From Gemmatimonadales bacterium (GTDB lineage Bacteria > Gemmatimonadota > Gemmatimonadetes > Gemmatimonadales > GWC2-71-9), in NCBI GenBank assembly GCA_041615815.1, contig JBFJCP010000008.1:1-64000 (forward strand): a stretch of DNA of 64,000 nt, written 5' to 3'. A program made the translations under genes and the position numbers. Below, piece by piece: positions 19,394 to 29,317 of this stretch. The notes beneath the pieces were generated by a model that was not told where the DNA came from, searched no databases, and saw nothing but the letters and a program-made list of their open reading frames with translations. Positions within the stretch are counted from its first letter, which is position 1. Every line of letters begins with the position of its first letter.

Positions 19394-19567
19394 ATGCGAA
19401 TTGCCAACTCGATGTTGCAGCGTGGAACCAGAGTGATCACCGACAACGGGGTGGTGGGACAGTTGGAACGCTATGTGAACCCGGAGGTCTTGGAGCTGCT
19501 ACTCGATCGACCTGCAGGCTGGCGCGCGCTCGTCTACGCCCGCGACGTGCGATTGATCACCTCGTGA
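19394..19567 (+). CDS. Small hypothetical protein (57 aa), SH3/KOW- or YajC-soluble-domain-like
   Basis: MRIANSMLQRGTRVITDNGVVGQLERYVNPEVLELLLDRPAGWRALVYARDVRLITS*; GGAG upstream; fills the intergenic gap; below the ORF-track cutoff. Confidence 0.6.
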   Translation: MRIANSMLQRGTRVITDNGVVGQLERYVNPEVLELLLDRPAGWRALVYARDVRLITS

Positions 19568-19578
19568 CCCTGGGCGAT

Positions 19579-21216
19579 TCAGTTTCTCCGAAGCGACCGA
19601 CCTGGACGCGCTCCCGTCAGATCGTTGTCCAACAGCACGGCAATGCCGTTCACGAAGACGTATCGAATACCCACGGCGTATTGGTGCGGCTGCTGAAACG
19701 TCGCACGGTCCATGACGGTTTCCGGATCGAGAACCACGACATCCGCCATGGCCCCCACCTGCAGCCGCCCGCGATCGGAGATCCCGAGTCGCTGCGCCGG
19801 GAATGTGGTCATCTTTCTCACCGCCTCACCGAACTCGAGTATCCCGCGCTCTCGCACATAGTGCCCCAAGACCCTGACAAACGCTCCATAGTTGCGGGGA
19901 TGCGGGAATCCCGTGCCGAACTCGGGGATCCCACCGTCCGATGCGACCATCGTCTGCGGATGACGCAAGATGCGCTCAACGTCGTGCTCTGACATGGCGA
20001 AGAAGATTCCCTGGGAGCCTCCCTGTTCTTGCAGCTCCATCACCAGTTCCGCCGCGTGGAGAAGCGTTGGTGTCTCCCCCCGCTCGCGGAGGATCTGCGC
20101 GAGATTCTTCCCATTCAGCATCGTGTTCCATGCGCAGTAGGCTATCCATACGTTTGCCGCATCACCGCCGCCGCGGTCACGCTCGAGGTTATAGACAAGG
20201 ACCTCCTTGATCTTCGCGCGACTCTCCGGATCTCGCAGCCGCGCTCGTAGAGCGTCCTCGCTGCCCTCCATGGCCCACGCCGGGAACAGAATGGTAAGGC
20301 CGGTGCTGGAAGCCACATAGGGGTACTGATCGATCGTGACGTCGACACCCCGGCGTCGCGCTTCCTCTACCAATCGAAGTGTCTCGGCACTACTCCCCCA
20401 CATCTGTTTGCCCACGACTTTGTGGTGCGTGATCTGCGTGGGCAGCCCGCCCTCGGCGCCTATCCGGATCGTCTCTCGCACACTCTCGAGAAGATGCTCA
20501 CCTTCCTCCCGCATATGACTGACGTGGATACCGTTGTAGCGGGCAGCGACCTGCGCGAGAGCAATGACTTCCTCGGTGGTGGCGAAGACACCGGGTACGT
20601 ACTTGAGCCCGGTAGAGAGACCAAAGGCACCGTCCAGCATGGCCCGCTCCACATGATCTTTCATCTGCGCGAGCTCCTCAGGACTGGGGGCACGATGTTC
20701 ATTGCCGACGACTGCACGCCGGATCGTGCCGTGCCCGACGAAGGTGCCGAAATTGATCGTGGCGGGCTCGAGAGCAAATCGGGCCAGTAGTTCGCCAACC
20801 GGAAGGGCAGATGTGCCATCGGGACCGCCGATCACGCTCGTCACTCCCTGCCGGATGTAGTTTTCCGCTTCGGCGCGTAGGAAGAGGCCGCTGCGATCGG
20901 CGGGAAGCCGTAGGGCGTGACTGTGAATGTCGATGAACCCGGGAACAACGGCGAGCCCACGAGCGTCCACCCGCCGACCGGCCCGACGCCCAGCGAGATC
21001 GCCAATGGCTGCTACCCGGTCGCCGAGGAGACCCACGTCCGCCATCCGACTGGGGCCGCCAAACCCGTCGTACACGGCCCCGCCTTCGATGATGACCGTG
21101 AAGACCGTGTCACCGATCTGGCCATGCCCAGACTGCCACGGGGCCACTACGGCAACGATGAGTACGGCGAGCGAACGGGCCGCCGTTCGCAGAAACGCGT
21201 TGGTCAGGCGCTGCAT
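19579..21216 (-). CDS. N-acyl-D-amino-acid deacylase (D-aminoacylase) with signal peptide
   Basis: PGFIDIHSH, GLSTGLKYVPG, SHMREE, DQYPYVASST, ASDGG, PHPRNYGAF. Confidence 0.9.
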   Translation of the reverse strand: MQRLTNAFLRTAARSLAVLIVAVVAPWQSGHGQIGDTVFTVIIEGGAVYDGFGGPSRMADVGLLGDRVAAIGDLAGRRAGRRVDARGLAVVPGFIDIHSHALRLPADRSGLFLRAEAENYIRQGVTSVIGGPDGTSALPVGELLARFALEPATINFGTFVGHGTIRRAVVGNEHRAPSPEELAQMKDHVERAMLDGAFGLSTGLKYVPGVFATTEEVIALAQVAARYNGIHVSHMREEGEHLLESVRETIRIGAEGGLPTQITHHKVVGKQMWGSSAETLRLVEEARRRGVDVTIDQYPYVASSTGLTILFPAWAMEGSEDALRARLRDPESRAKIKEVLVYNLERDRGGGDAANVWIAYCAWNTMLNGKNLAQILRERGETPTLLHAAELVMELQEQGGSQGIFFAMSEHDVERILRHPQTMVASDGGIPEFGTGFPHPRNYGAFVRVLGHYVRERGILEFGEAVRKMTTFPAQRLGISDRGRLQVGAMADVVVLDPETVMDRATFQQPHQYAVGIRYVFVNGIAVLLDNDLTGARPGRSLRRN

Positions 21217-21287
21217 GGTTGCACGTCCTGGCATCGAGGTCGCAGGAAGATACAGCTGTTCACTGCCGAGTGACGGTGGGATACCGG

Positions 21288-22025
21288 CTAGCGCGGCGTC
21301 GAGAGCACGCCGGAGATTTCCTCGGTAGTGGGAGGACTCGTGGGTATGGCAGTAGGAGCGCGCACGTTCCACCGGTAGCCCAGCCAGATGAGAATAATGC
21401 CGAAGAACTCCATGACGTAGAGAACTTCGGTGTGCCCCATTCTCGTAGCCATCCCACCGATACCCGGCAGCAGTGCGCCGACGGCTATGAGTGTGTTACC
21501 AATGAATCTGTGGTACGTGTCGCTGCTCTTGCTGTAGCGGTATGCCGAAAGCGCTGCTCCGCCCACGAGAAAGATGAACGCGTAGGTATTGATGAACGGA
21601 CTGAACAGACGTACCCACGTCCACTCCATGACTCGCCCGGTAAGCCGATGGGGCTCAACGGCCGTGTAGTCGATGGGTGTCAGCACGACGAAGATTGCAG
21701 CAATGAAGATGAACGGGAGTAGCACGGCCGTCAGACGATTGGCGGTCTCCCGTCGGAGCAGCAAGTACACGGTCCCCTGCGCGAGCGGAGCCCCACCGAG
21801 CAGCGCGCCGGAGATGTACCAACCCCGGAACATCGGTTCGGTCCAGCCGAGGAGCGTCACCATGGACTCGGTGAACGTCCCAACCCCATAAAGGAAGGCT
21901 CCCGCCGCCCACCAGGCGAGGTGGGGCCCGGATCGGCGCTCGCGATATCGCTGGAAGATGACGTACGCAAAGGCCAGCGCGATGATCGTCGTCACGATCG
22001 GAATGAAGTGGACGGGTGTTCTCAT
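21288..22025 (-). CDS. Hypothetical multi-pass membrane protein
   Basis: About 7 hydrophobic helices; HLAWWAAG, WYISGALLGGAPLAQGTVYLL. Confidence 0.8.
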   Translation of the reverse strand: MRTPVHFIPIVTTIIALAFAYVIFQRYRERRSGPHLAWWAAGAFLYGVGTFTESMVTLLGWTEPMFRGWYISGALLGGAPLAQGTVYLLLRRETANRLTAVLLPFIFIAAIFVVLTPIDYTAVEPHRLTGRVMEWTWVRLFSPFINTYAFIFLVGGAALSAYRYSKSSDTYHRFIGNTLIAVGALLPGIGGMATRMGHTEVLYVMEFFGIILIWLGYRWNVRAPTAIPTSPPTTEEISGVLSTPR

Positions 22026-22046
22026 ATGGTCTGCGCTTATACCGAA

Positions 22047-22132
22047 GCGTCTACTGCCGCCGCTGCCGCCGCTCCCACCCCTGCCGCCGAGCGCGCGGCA
22101 GAGGTGGAGGCGGCAGGGGCGGCAGTAGACGC
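22047..22132. repeat. Long intergenic inverted repeat (REP-like hairpin)
   Basis: GCGTCTACTGCCGCC at 22047 pairs with GGCGGCAGTAGACGC ending at 22132; inner arms also pair. Confidence 0.75.
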
Positions 22133-22145
22133 CAGCAGGGATCTC

Positions 22146-24377
22146 TTAGAAACTCATTTCCCAGTTCAACAGGAGGCTTCGACCGGGTTCGGGTCGGAAG
22201 AAGCCGGCATTGGCGAATTCAGCGTACAGTTCGTCCGTCAAGTTGACAACCGTCACACCCAGCCGGTGCGTGTGGGCGCCGCGCCGGAACACGGTCACGC
22301 CACTGCGAATGTCGTGCACCGTGAATGATGGCAGGACGTCGCCGACCGGATTCCCGATGAGGAGTTCGGCGTCTTTGCGCTCACCATTGTGGCGCACACC
22401 GTACTCCAGCCAAAACCGGTCGCTCGGGTGGTTGTAGCGAACCCGGCCGGTGATCTTCTCGTCGAAAGAGTCTCCCACCGGATTGTTTTCATCCAGCACG
22501 TCCTTCGAGTCCAGATATGTGTACGTACCTCCAACGGAGAACCCGCGGGGGAGCCGCACGGTTCCCTGTAGCTCCACCCCCCAGAACCGCAGCTTTCCGA
22601 CGTTGATGTTCTGGAACGCGGGCAGTCCTTGAACGCTGTCACCTGTGCTTGCGATCCGGATACCATCGCGAATCTCGTTTCGGAACACAAAGCCTTCGAG
22701 ATCGACGAGCCGGTCTCGATACCGCAGGCCAAAATCCAGATTCAAGCTGGTCTCGGGCTCCAAGTTCGGGTTGGCCTGTTGAAACGCCAGGCCTTCTGGT
22801 GTGGGACCGTTGAAGAACCGCTCCACGAGGTTGGGAGACCGAAATGCACGTCCCACAGCCACCACGGCCGCCAGATTATCGGTGAGCTGGTAGAGACCAT
22901 TGGCGGCGGCAACCACGGTGCGGTCCGTGTCCGTGAGAGGGGTCACGTCCAGACCGGGCGTGCTTTCAGTGCGAGCGCGGACATCCTGGTACCGCACACC
23001 CAGAATGAGCGATGCCCGAGTGGTGAGCTGAATGTCGCCCTGGGCGAACACCCCGATGCTCCGAAGGCTGGCGAACGGTACCTGCGGCGTGGTGCTCGGC
23101 GGAATCGGTGGGGCCGGCACGCCGGGGATGATGATCTCGACCAGACTGGAGTCGGTGTTCTCCGAGTCGTCTCGGAAGAAGTCCGCACCATACGTGAGAA
23201 GCACACGCCCCGCCACGAACTTCGTCGCCTCCACCCGAGTGCCAAACGTCGTAAGGTCGGTGAAGTTGGTCGACGTAGTGCGAATGTCGCCCATGAGGCC
23301 CGGACCAAACGGTATATCCGACACCAGGACGTCCAGGTTGAATCGGCGATCGTTGTCCTGGTAGTACCCGATTACGTCCAAGCGGTCCGCCAGCGGGGTG
23401 TTCAGGTCGCTTGCCTGGTATCCCACCGTCACCTTGTCGAATCGCTGGAACGGATAGTCGATCTGAATAGCCGGTAACTCCGGCGCGTAGGCAGCCGGAT
23501 CGACGTATCCAAAGCCCGTCGTGTCCGCACGGTATCGTTCGTACTTGGCAAACACACGATGAGTGCGCGCCACCTCGTACGCTGCATACAGATCGAGACT
23601 CTCGTCCTGAACACCTGTGCCAAACACGGGGGTCTCGTCTGCGAGGCGAATGGCGCCGAACTGGCCCGACGGCGCGTCGTACGGATCGGCATTGCGATAA
23701 GACCCCGTGCCAATGAACGAAAACGCACCGAATCTTCCCGAGAGGGTGCCCGTCGCCTTGCTCTGGGTGTCGTGGGTGCTGTACCGATAGCTGGCACCGC
23801 CGTGCAACCCCTCACCTTCGGGCGTACGCGTGATGATGTTCACGACGCCACCGATGGCATCGCTGCCGTACAGCACCGATGCCGGCCCCCGCACAACCTC
23901 TACCCGCTCCACGGACGTCACATCGATGAGCGCCGGAATCTCTCCGAAATCTTGTTGGCGTCGGGAGTTGTTCAGGCGCATCCCGTCCTCGAGCACGAGA
24001 ATACGCTGACCACGCTGGCCGCGAATGATCGGACGTACTTGATTCACCCCCACGCCTGCCACGTCCAGCCCAGCGAGATCGCGAAAGAGATCGCTGACAT
24101 TGTTGGACAGGCGACGCGAGATAGCCAAACGATCCAGAACATCGACCGGATTGGGCGTAAGAAAGACGTCCTTGGCCGTGCGCGTCGCCGTCACCGTCAC
24201 TGGTCCCAGCAGGACGGGTGCCCGGTCGCCGGTGGAGTCGGGAATGGTATCCTGGCTGGACGCTTGTGCGCGCCCCAAGGTGGGAACGAGCAAGATCATC
24301 AAGGTGCTCCACAGAACGGCGCGCACGGATGCGCGCCACCACGAGCCCATCGAGGGGAGTTGCCTCACCGGTTTCAT
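22146..24377 (-). CDS. TonB-dependent receptor (heme/siderophore type)
   Basis: VTVTATRT, plug motif VERVEVVRGPASVLYGSDAIGGVVNIIT, FRSP and NPNLEPE motifs, terminal F. Confidence 0.92.
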   Translation of the reverse strand: MKPVRQLPSMGSWWRASVRAVLWSTLMILLVPTLGRAQASSQDTIPDSTGDRAPVLLGPVTVTATRTAKDVFLTPNPVDVLDRLAISRRLSNNVSDLFRDLAGLDVAGVGVNQVRPIIRGQRGQRILVLEDGMRLNNSRRQQDFGEIPALIDVTSVERVEVVRGPASVLYGSDAIGGVVNIITRTPEGEGLHGGASYRYSTHDTQSKATGTLSGRFGAFSFIGTGSYRNADPYDAPSGQFGAIRLADETPVFGTGVQDESLDLYAAYEVARTHRVFAKYERYRADTTGFGYVDPAAYAPELPAIQIDYPFQRFDKVTVGYQASDLNTPLADRLDVIGYYQDNDRRFNLDVLVSDIPFGPGLMGDIRTTSTNFTDLTTFGTRVEATKFVAGRVLLTYGADFFRDDSENTDSSLVEIIIPGVPAPPIPPSTTPQVPFASLRSIGVFAQGDIQLTTRASLILGVRYQDVRARTESTPGLDVTPLTDTDRTVVAAANGLYQLTDNLAAVVAVGRAFRSPNLVERFFNGPTPEGLAFQQANPNLEPETSLNLDFGLRYRDRLVDLEGFVFRNEIRDGIRIASTGDSVQGLPAFQNINVGKLRFWGVELQGTVRLPRGFSVGGTYTYLDSKDVLDENNPVGDSFDEKITGRVRYNHPSDRFWLEYGVRHNGERKDAELLIGNPVGDVLPSFTVHDIRSGVTVFRRGAHTHRLGVTVVNLTDELYAEFANAGFFRPEPGRSLLLNWEMSF

Positions 24378-24596
24378 CACCGAACTCCTAACTTGGAAAG
24401 TCCCTGGAGCTGGGGCCCAGACAGGAAATACAGGGCCCGGACGCCGCACAAAAGCAGAAAGAAGGCCTATCTCACCACGAAGCTAACCACCAACATGAAG
24501 GCGGACATTCGGACTACTACTCGACCGGGAGTCCGGGGAACTACGGAGTTTGTGAAGGACGTGTGGTGCGCGGATAATGGTCCGGTGAAGAGGCCT

Positions 24597-25256
24597 TTAA
24601 GGCTCGACGATTCCCATCTCGAGCGCAAAACGGGTCAGACCGGCGATCGTTCGAATCTGGAGTTTGCGCATCAGGCTCTCGCGATGGGACTCCACGGTGC
24701 GATGACTGATCCCAAGTTCAGACGCGATCTCCTTATTGGTACGACCATCTGCGATTCGCTCAAGGACGTCACGCTCGCGCGTGGTGAGCTGGTCCAGTAA
24801 CTCCCGCTGCTCCCGTTGTTGCGCCTCGACTCGCACCGCTGCCCCGAGCTGCTTGGCCACCGTGGCCGAATAATACGTTTCGCCCCGCTGAACGGACTGA
24901 ACCGCCGCCCGCACCTCTGCCGGACGAGCATCTTTGAGCACGTATCCGTCGGCGCCCGCGCGAACAGCCTCCATGACATATTGTGGATGATCGTGCATGC
25001 TGAGCACGAGGACCCGGACCGAGGAATGCCGAACCTTTAATTGCGGCAGGATCTCGAGCCCAGACGCACCAGGCATCGTAATGTCGAGCAGCACCACGTC
25101 CGGCCGGCTCTGCTTGACCAACTCCAGCGTTTCCGGCCCAGAGGCCGCTTCACCCACGACGTCGAAGCCGGCCGCATGACTAAGTACATGGCGAATGCCC
25201 TCTCGGACCACCGCATGATCGTCTGCCACCACCACTCGAATCGCTTGCGAGGTCAT
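24597..25256 (-). CDS. NarL/LuxR family response regulator
   Basis: VVADDHAVVREG, LLDITMP, GYVLKD; LTTRERDVL...NKEIA..LGISHRTVESHR HTH. Confidence 0.95.
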   Translation of the reverse strand: MTSQAIRVVVADDHAVVREGIRHVLSHAAGFDVVGEAASGPETLELVKQSRPDVVLLDITMPGASGLEILPQLKVRHSSVRVLVLSMHDHPQYVMEAVRAGADGYVLKDARPAEVRAAVQSVQRGETYYSATVAKQLGAAVRVEAQQREQRELLDQLTTRERDVLERIADGRTNKEIASELGISHRTVESHRESLMRKLQIRTIAGLTRFALEMGIVEP

Positions 25257-27028
25257 GCTGGCAACTCGGCGCTCACCGGCACGCGCACTTCCAGCCGCGC
25301 ACCGCCTGTGGGTCCACGCCTCAGGGCGATGTTCCCACCCAACGCCGTCACCCGCTCGCGCATCCATGGAAGCCCCATATGGCCACGCCGCTCCAGCGAT
25401 TGGAGCTCGTTCTCGGCGGGCGGACCGCGCCCGTCGTCGTCCACCAACAGGATCATGAGACCGTCTTCCTGTGCCAATCGCACCGCCACGGTCCGTGCCT
25501 CCGCGTGTCGAGCAACGTTCGCCAGCCCCTCCTGTAGGGCCCGAAACAGCGCGAGCTCTGCTTCATCCGTGATGGGGGGCACGGAACGCGGCGCCTCCAG
25601 TTCCACTTGCAGCTGACTGCGCTCGCGAAAGTCGTGCACCAAGGCTCGCATCGCCGGCAGCAGGCCGAGATCGTCGAGGAGACTGGGGCGGAGATCATTG
25701 AGAACGTTGCGAATGCCCTGGATGCCGGTGTCCATGAGTGACATCGAGCGGTCCAAGCGGTCGGCGAGGTTGGCTTCGGCGGTTTCTCGCATCATGCCGA
25801 GCTGAAGCTGGACCGCGGAGAGCACCTGGGCCGTTTCGTCGTGCAGCTCGCGGGAGAGGCGTCGGCGTTCCGCCTCGTGTTGCCGGACCATTCGGGCGGC
25901 CAAGCGCTCCAGCTCCGCGGTGCGCTCCTGCAACTTGCGGTTGAGGTTGGCCCCCTCCAGTGCGGCCCCCACCTGTTGGCCGAGCGTCACCAAGAATCGT
26001 GTGTCGAGGGCGGTGAACGGGTCACGTGCGTCCCCAACAATGAGCAACGCGCCCGTGACCCGCTCTCCCTGAAACACCGGAAGCGCCGCCGCATAGGCGA
26101 ATGTCGCTTCGTCGGGCTTGCCACCGTCGTGAACGATCTCCGGGCGGCCACTCGCCACAGCGCGGGAAATCGCCTCCTGCGCGGCGCCCCGAGGTGGCTG
26201 ACCGGCCCAGGTCTCGCACACCCCAACTCCCGCCGCGAACAGGCCTCCGGGATTCTGTGACAGATACATCGCGCTCCCGCGAACCCCGGCAAGGCTGAGC
26301 GGGCGCTCCAAGAGTTGCCGAAGCACATTTTGCCCCGCTCCATGCACACCTCGCTGCAAGTCGCCGGAGAGCGCCGACAAGGTGCCCAGCGCCCGATGCT
26401 GGTCTTCGAGAACAAGCATGAGAATTCCCGCTCCCATCGCCAACACGAACACGAGATCCAGATAGTAACCCCAAGGGACCCAGGCACCCCGGGCGCGGAG
26501 AAACGGGTAGTCGAGGTGATGCAGGCTCCAAAGACCGAGCGCGATCGCCAAGCTCGCCGCCGCCGGAGAGCCCACCTGCCGATGGTGCCGGAAGAAAACC
26601 CAACCCGTCCATAGGGTAGCGCCACTCAAGAACAACACCGCCGGTCCGGCTGCCAAGAGAAAGTTCTCGAGCCGATAGATCGCCACATATGACCAGATCA
26701 CCGGGAACGCCAGCAGCACCAGATACCGGCGGCGAAGGCGCAACTGCTGCGAAAACACGAGCGCCGCCCACAGCAGCGCCAGCGCTGTCCAGCCCGTGGT
26801 GACCTGATGCCAATACAGCCACGTCCGATCCGTCGTTTCGAGAAAACTGATGATGGCACCAATTCGGAGCCCGTAGAGTGTCCACGCCAACGCCCACCAC
26901 GCGAAATAGGGTTTGCGATAGCGGTGGTAGAGAAACGCACACAGCGCCGCAATACCCAAGGTGACCGCGGCTTGGAGGAAGGCCGCTGCAAGCTCGGTCG
27001 CCGCGGAGCTGGGTATCCCTAAATCCAT
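25253..27028 (-). CDS. Sensor histidine kinase (7TM input, GAF, HisKA_3, HATPase)
   Basis: ERRRLSRELHDETAQ H-box, LRPSLLDDLGL, QEGLANVARHA, DDDGRG; N-terminal TM bundle. Confidence 0.93.
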   Translation of the reverse strand: MDLGIPSSAATELAAAFLQAAVTLGIAALCAFLYHRYRKPYFAWWALAWTLYGLRIGAIISFLETTDRTWLYWHQVTTGWTALALLWAALVFSQQLRLRRRYLVLLAFPVIWSYVAIYRLENFLLAAGPAVLFLSGATLWTGWVFFRHHRQVGSPAAASLAIALGLWSLHHLDYPFLRARGAWVPWGYYLDLVFVLAMGAGILMLVLEDQHRALGTLSALSGDLQRGVHGAGQNVLRQLLERPLSLAGVRGSAMYLSQNPGGLFAAGVGVCETWAGQPPRGAAQEAISRAVASGRPEIVHDGGKPDEATFAYAAALPVFQGERVTGALLIVGDARDPFTALDTRFLVTLGQQVGAALEGANLNRKLQERTAELERLAARMVRQHEAERRRLSRELHDETAQVLSAVQLQLGMMRETAEANLADRLDRSMSLMDTGIQGIRNVLNDLRPSLLDDLGLLPAMRALVHDFRERSQLQVELEAPRSVPPITDEAELALFRALQEGLANVARHAEARTVAVRLAQEDGLMILLVDDDGRGPPAENELQSLERRGHMGLPWMRERVTALGGNIALRRGPTGGARLEVRVPVSAELPA

Positions 27029-27183
27029 ATTGAAGACCTGGTTACCGACATGGGTAGCTCAACGATAAATAGAATCCCGGGGACAGTCGCGGCGCAATCG
27101 TCGCGGCGCGGCCACGGAAATCTCGGTCGACAACGCGCCGCCGGAACCCTACTTTCGCTCCCAACCCCTCCTGGAGCTCCTCC

Positions 27184-29208
27184 ATGACGCGAAAAACTGC
27201 ACGGTGCATCGGAATTGTAGCGTTCGCGTTGGCGATGACCGTGATGCCGCTGCGCGCACAGTCAGCGCCACGAGCAATGAACATCGAGGACGTCCTCGCA
27301 ATGGACCAGGTGGGCGAGGTGGCCATCAGTCCCGATGGCCGCTGGGTCGCCTATGTGGTCACCGAACGGAATTTCGAGGATGATCGAAACGAGTCGGCTA
27401 TCTGGATCGTCTCCTCGGACGGCGGTGAGCCCTACCGTTTGACCGGCGGCCAAGGCAGCGACAACGCTCCACAATGGGCGCCGGATGGCTCCTGGTTGGC
27501 GTTCTCATCCGATCGCGAGGAGCGCCGGCAGGTCTACGGCATTCGACCAAACGGAGGAGAGGCCTGGAGGATTACCGCTTCGGCAACGTCGGTAAACGAA
27601 TTCGAGATCGCTCCGGATGCGTCTCGCATCGCCTATCTGGCCGCTGCGGAGCGGGCCGACGCGGACAAGGAGCTCGAGGAGCTTCGAGGAAGACCCATCG
27701 TGTGGGACAGTGCGTACGCCGATCAATGGCAGCGGCTTTGGATCGCACCTCTCGCCGACCGCCGTGCAAGCGACGCAGTGCGGTGGTCGCCGGACACCTT
27801 GCACGTCACCACGGTAGTATGGAGGCCCGACGCCGGGGCGGTTGCGTACGGGGCGCGGCCTTCTCCCGTGCTCCGGACCTTCCGTCGAGCGGCAGTCTAC
27901 GTGCAGGACGAGTCCACCGGTCCGGCCCGTCGGGTCACGGGATCACCGGGACCGAAGACACCGGTGGCCTGGACGAGCGCCTTGGGCCTCATCGTGTCCG
28001 GCCCGAGCTCGGACGATTTCACCGTAAACCGATTACTGTGGCAAGTCTCGCTCGCGGACGGTACGGTACGACCGCTCACCGCTGAGCTGGACGAGAACGC
28101 ATCATACGTGACGGCCACCGATCGAACATTGCTGGTGGAGGCGAGCCATCGGACGGGACGCAGACTGTATAGATTCTCCGTCCGGGACGGCGAGACAGCC
28201 GGCGCCCCCGTGGCGGTGAGTGACGACGGGGCGTTCTACACGCGGTTCTCGGCCACGCGCGACGGGACAACGATCGCGTTGCTCGCGGAACGACCCACAG
28301 CGGCGCCCAACGTACACGTGACGTCCACCAGGCGCTTCGCACCCCGACGGCTCACGGATATCAACCCATCGCTGGCCAACCTCGCTCTGGGCTCTCATCG
28401 CGTGGTACAATGGAGCTCTCGCGCGGACGGAGAGCAAATCGAAGGCGTCCTGACGCTGCCCGTGGGTTACCGGGAGGGGGAGCGGGTCCCGCTGTTGCTC
28501 GTCATTCACGGCGGCCCGGCCGGCGTCTCGAGCAATCGTTTCAGCCCAACTCGCGGGGCGTACCCCATCCAGGTGTTTGCGGGACTCGGCTACGCGGTGT
28601 TGCAGCCCAACTACCGCGGCTCCACCGGCTACGGCGAGCGGTTCCGGGGGCTCAATCGCGGGGACATCTCGGGACGTGATTGGGTCGACATCGACTCAGG
28701 CGTCGACGCGATGATTCGAGCCGGCATCGCCGACCCACGTCGGCTCGGCATCATGGGCTGGAGCTTTGGCGGTCACCACACCTATTGGGGAATCACGCAG
28801 ACAGACCGCTTTGCCGCCGCGAGTGCCGGTGCGGGCGCCAACGACCTCATCTCCATGTACTCTCAGACCGACATTCCGGAGTTCTATCACGTTTACCTGG
28901 GACCCAAACCGTGGGAGGATTTCGAACTGTACGAGGAGCGATCGGCGTTTCGAGGAGTGGCGAAAGTGACCACGCCGCTGCTCATTCAGGTGGGGGAGAA
29001 AGACGAGCGGGTCCCCGCAGAGCAGAGTATTCAATTCTTCGAGGCGATGCGCGCGATTGGCAATGCACCCACTACGCTCGTGCTGTACCCGGACCAACCG
29101 CACGGAGTGCGTGCACCGCGGCTCGTGCGAGATCTCCTGAGCCGCAACGTGGAGTGGTTTTCGAAATGGATTCCGGTAGAGAAGGATCGTGCGGCGGGAG
29201 GAACATAG
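27184..29208 (+). CDS. S9 family peptidase (propeller plus alpha/beta hydrolase)
   Basis: Signal peptide, PD40-like SPDG repeats, IHGGP, PNYRGSTGYG, GWSFGG nucleophile, D..VP and H catalytic residues. Confidence 0.93.
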   Translation: MTRKTARCIGIVAFALAMTVMPLRAQSAPRAMNIEDVLAMDQVGEVAISPDGRWVAYVVTERNFEDDRNESAIWIVSSDGGEPYRLTGGQGSDNAPQWAPDGSWLAFSSDREERRQVYGIRPNGGEAWRITASATSVNEFEIAPDASRIAYLAAAERADADKELEELRGRPIVWDSAYADQWQRLWIAPLADRRASDAVRWSPDTLHVTTVVWRPDAGAVAYGARPSPVLRTFRRAAVYVQDESTGPARRVTGSPGPKTPVAWTSALGLIVSGPSSDDFTVNRLLWQVSLADGTVRPLTAELDENASYVTATDRTLLVEASHRTGRRLYRFSVRDGETAGAPVAVSDDGAFYTRFSATRDGTTIALLAERPTAAPNVHVTSTRRFAPRRLTDINPSLANLALGSHRVVQWSSRADGEQIEGVLTLPVGYREGERVPLLLVIHGGPAGVSSNRFSPTRGAYPIQVFAGLGYAVLQPNYRGSTGYGERFRGLNRGDISGRDWVDIDSGVDAMIRAGIADPRRLGIMGWSFGGHHTYWGITQTDRFAAASAGAGANDLISMYSQTDIPEFYHVYLGPKPWEDFELYEERSAFRGVAKVTTPLLIQVGEKDERVPAEQSIQFFEAMRAIGNAPTTLVLYPDQPHGVRAPRLVRDLLSRNVEWFSKWIPVEKDRAAGGT

Positions 29209-29317
29209 GGGATCGGGGTTAGGGGTTAGGAGATAAGTCCTCTAGAGCAACTGGGACGCCGGTTCAGAGGCCGGCGCCGAATGAGCCCTGGCCCCGACCC
29301 CCTAACCCCGAATTCCT
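29208..29317. repeat. Inverted heptamer tandem repeats between convergent genes (possible terminator)
   Basis: GGGGATC-GGGGTTA-GGGGTTA on the left; CCTGGCC-CCGACCC-CCTAACC-CCGAATT on the right. Confidence 0.7.
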
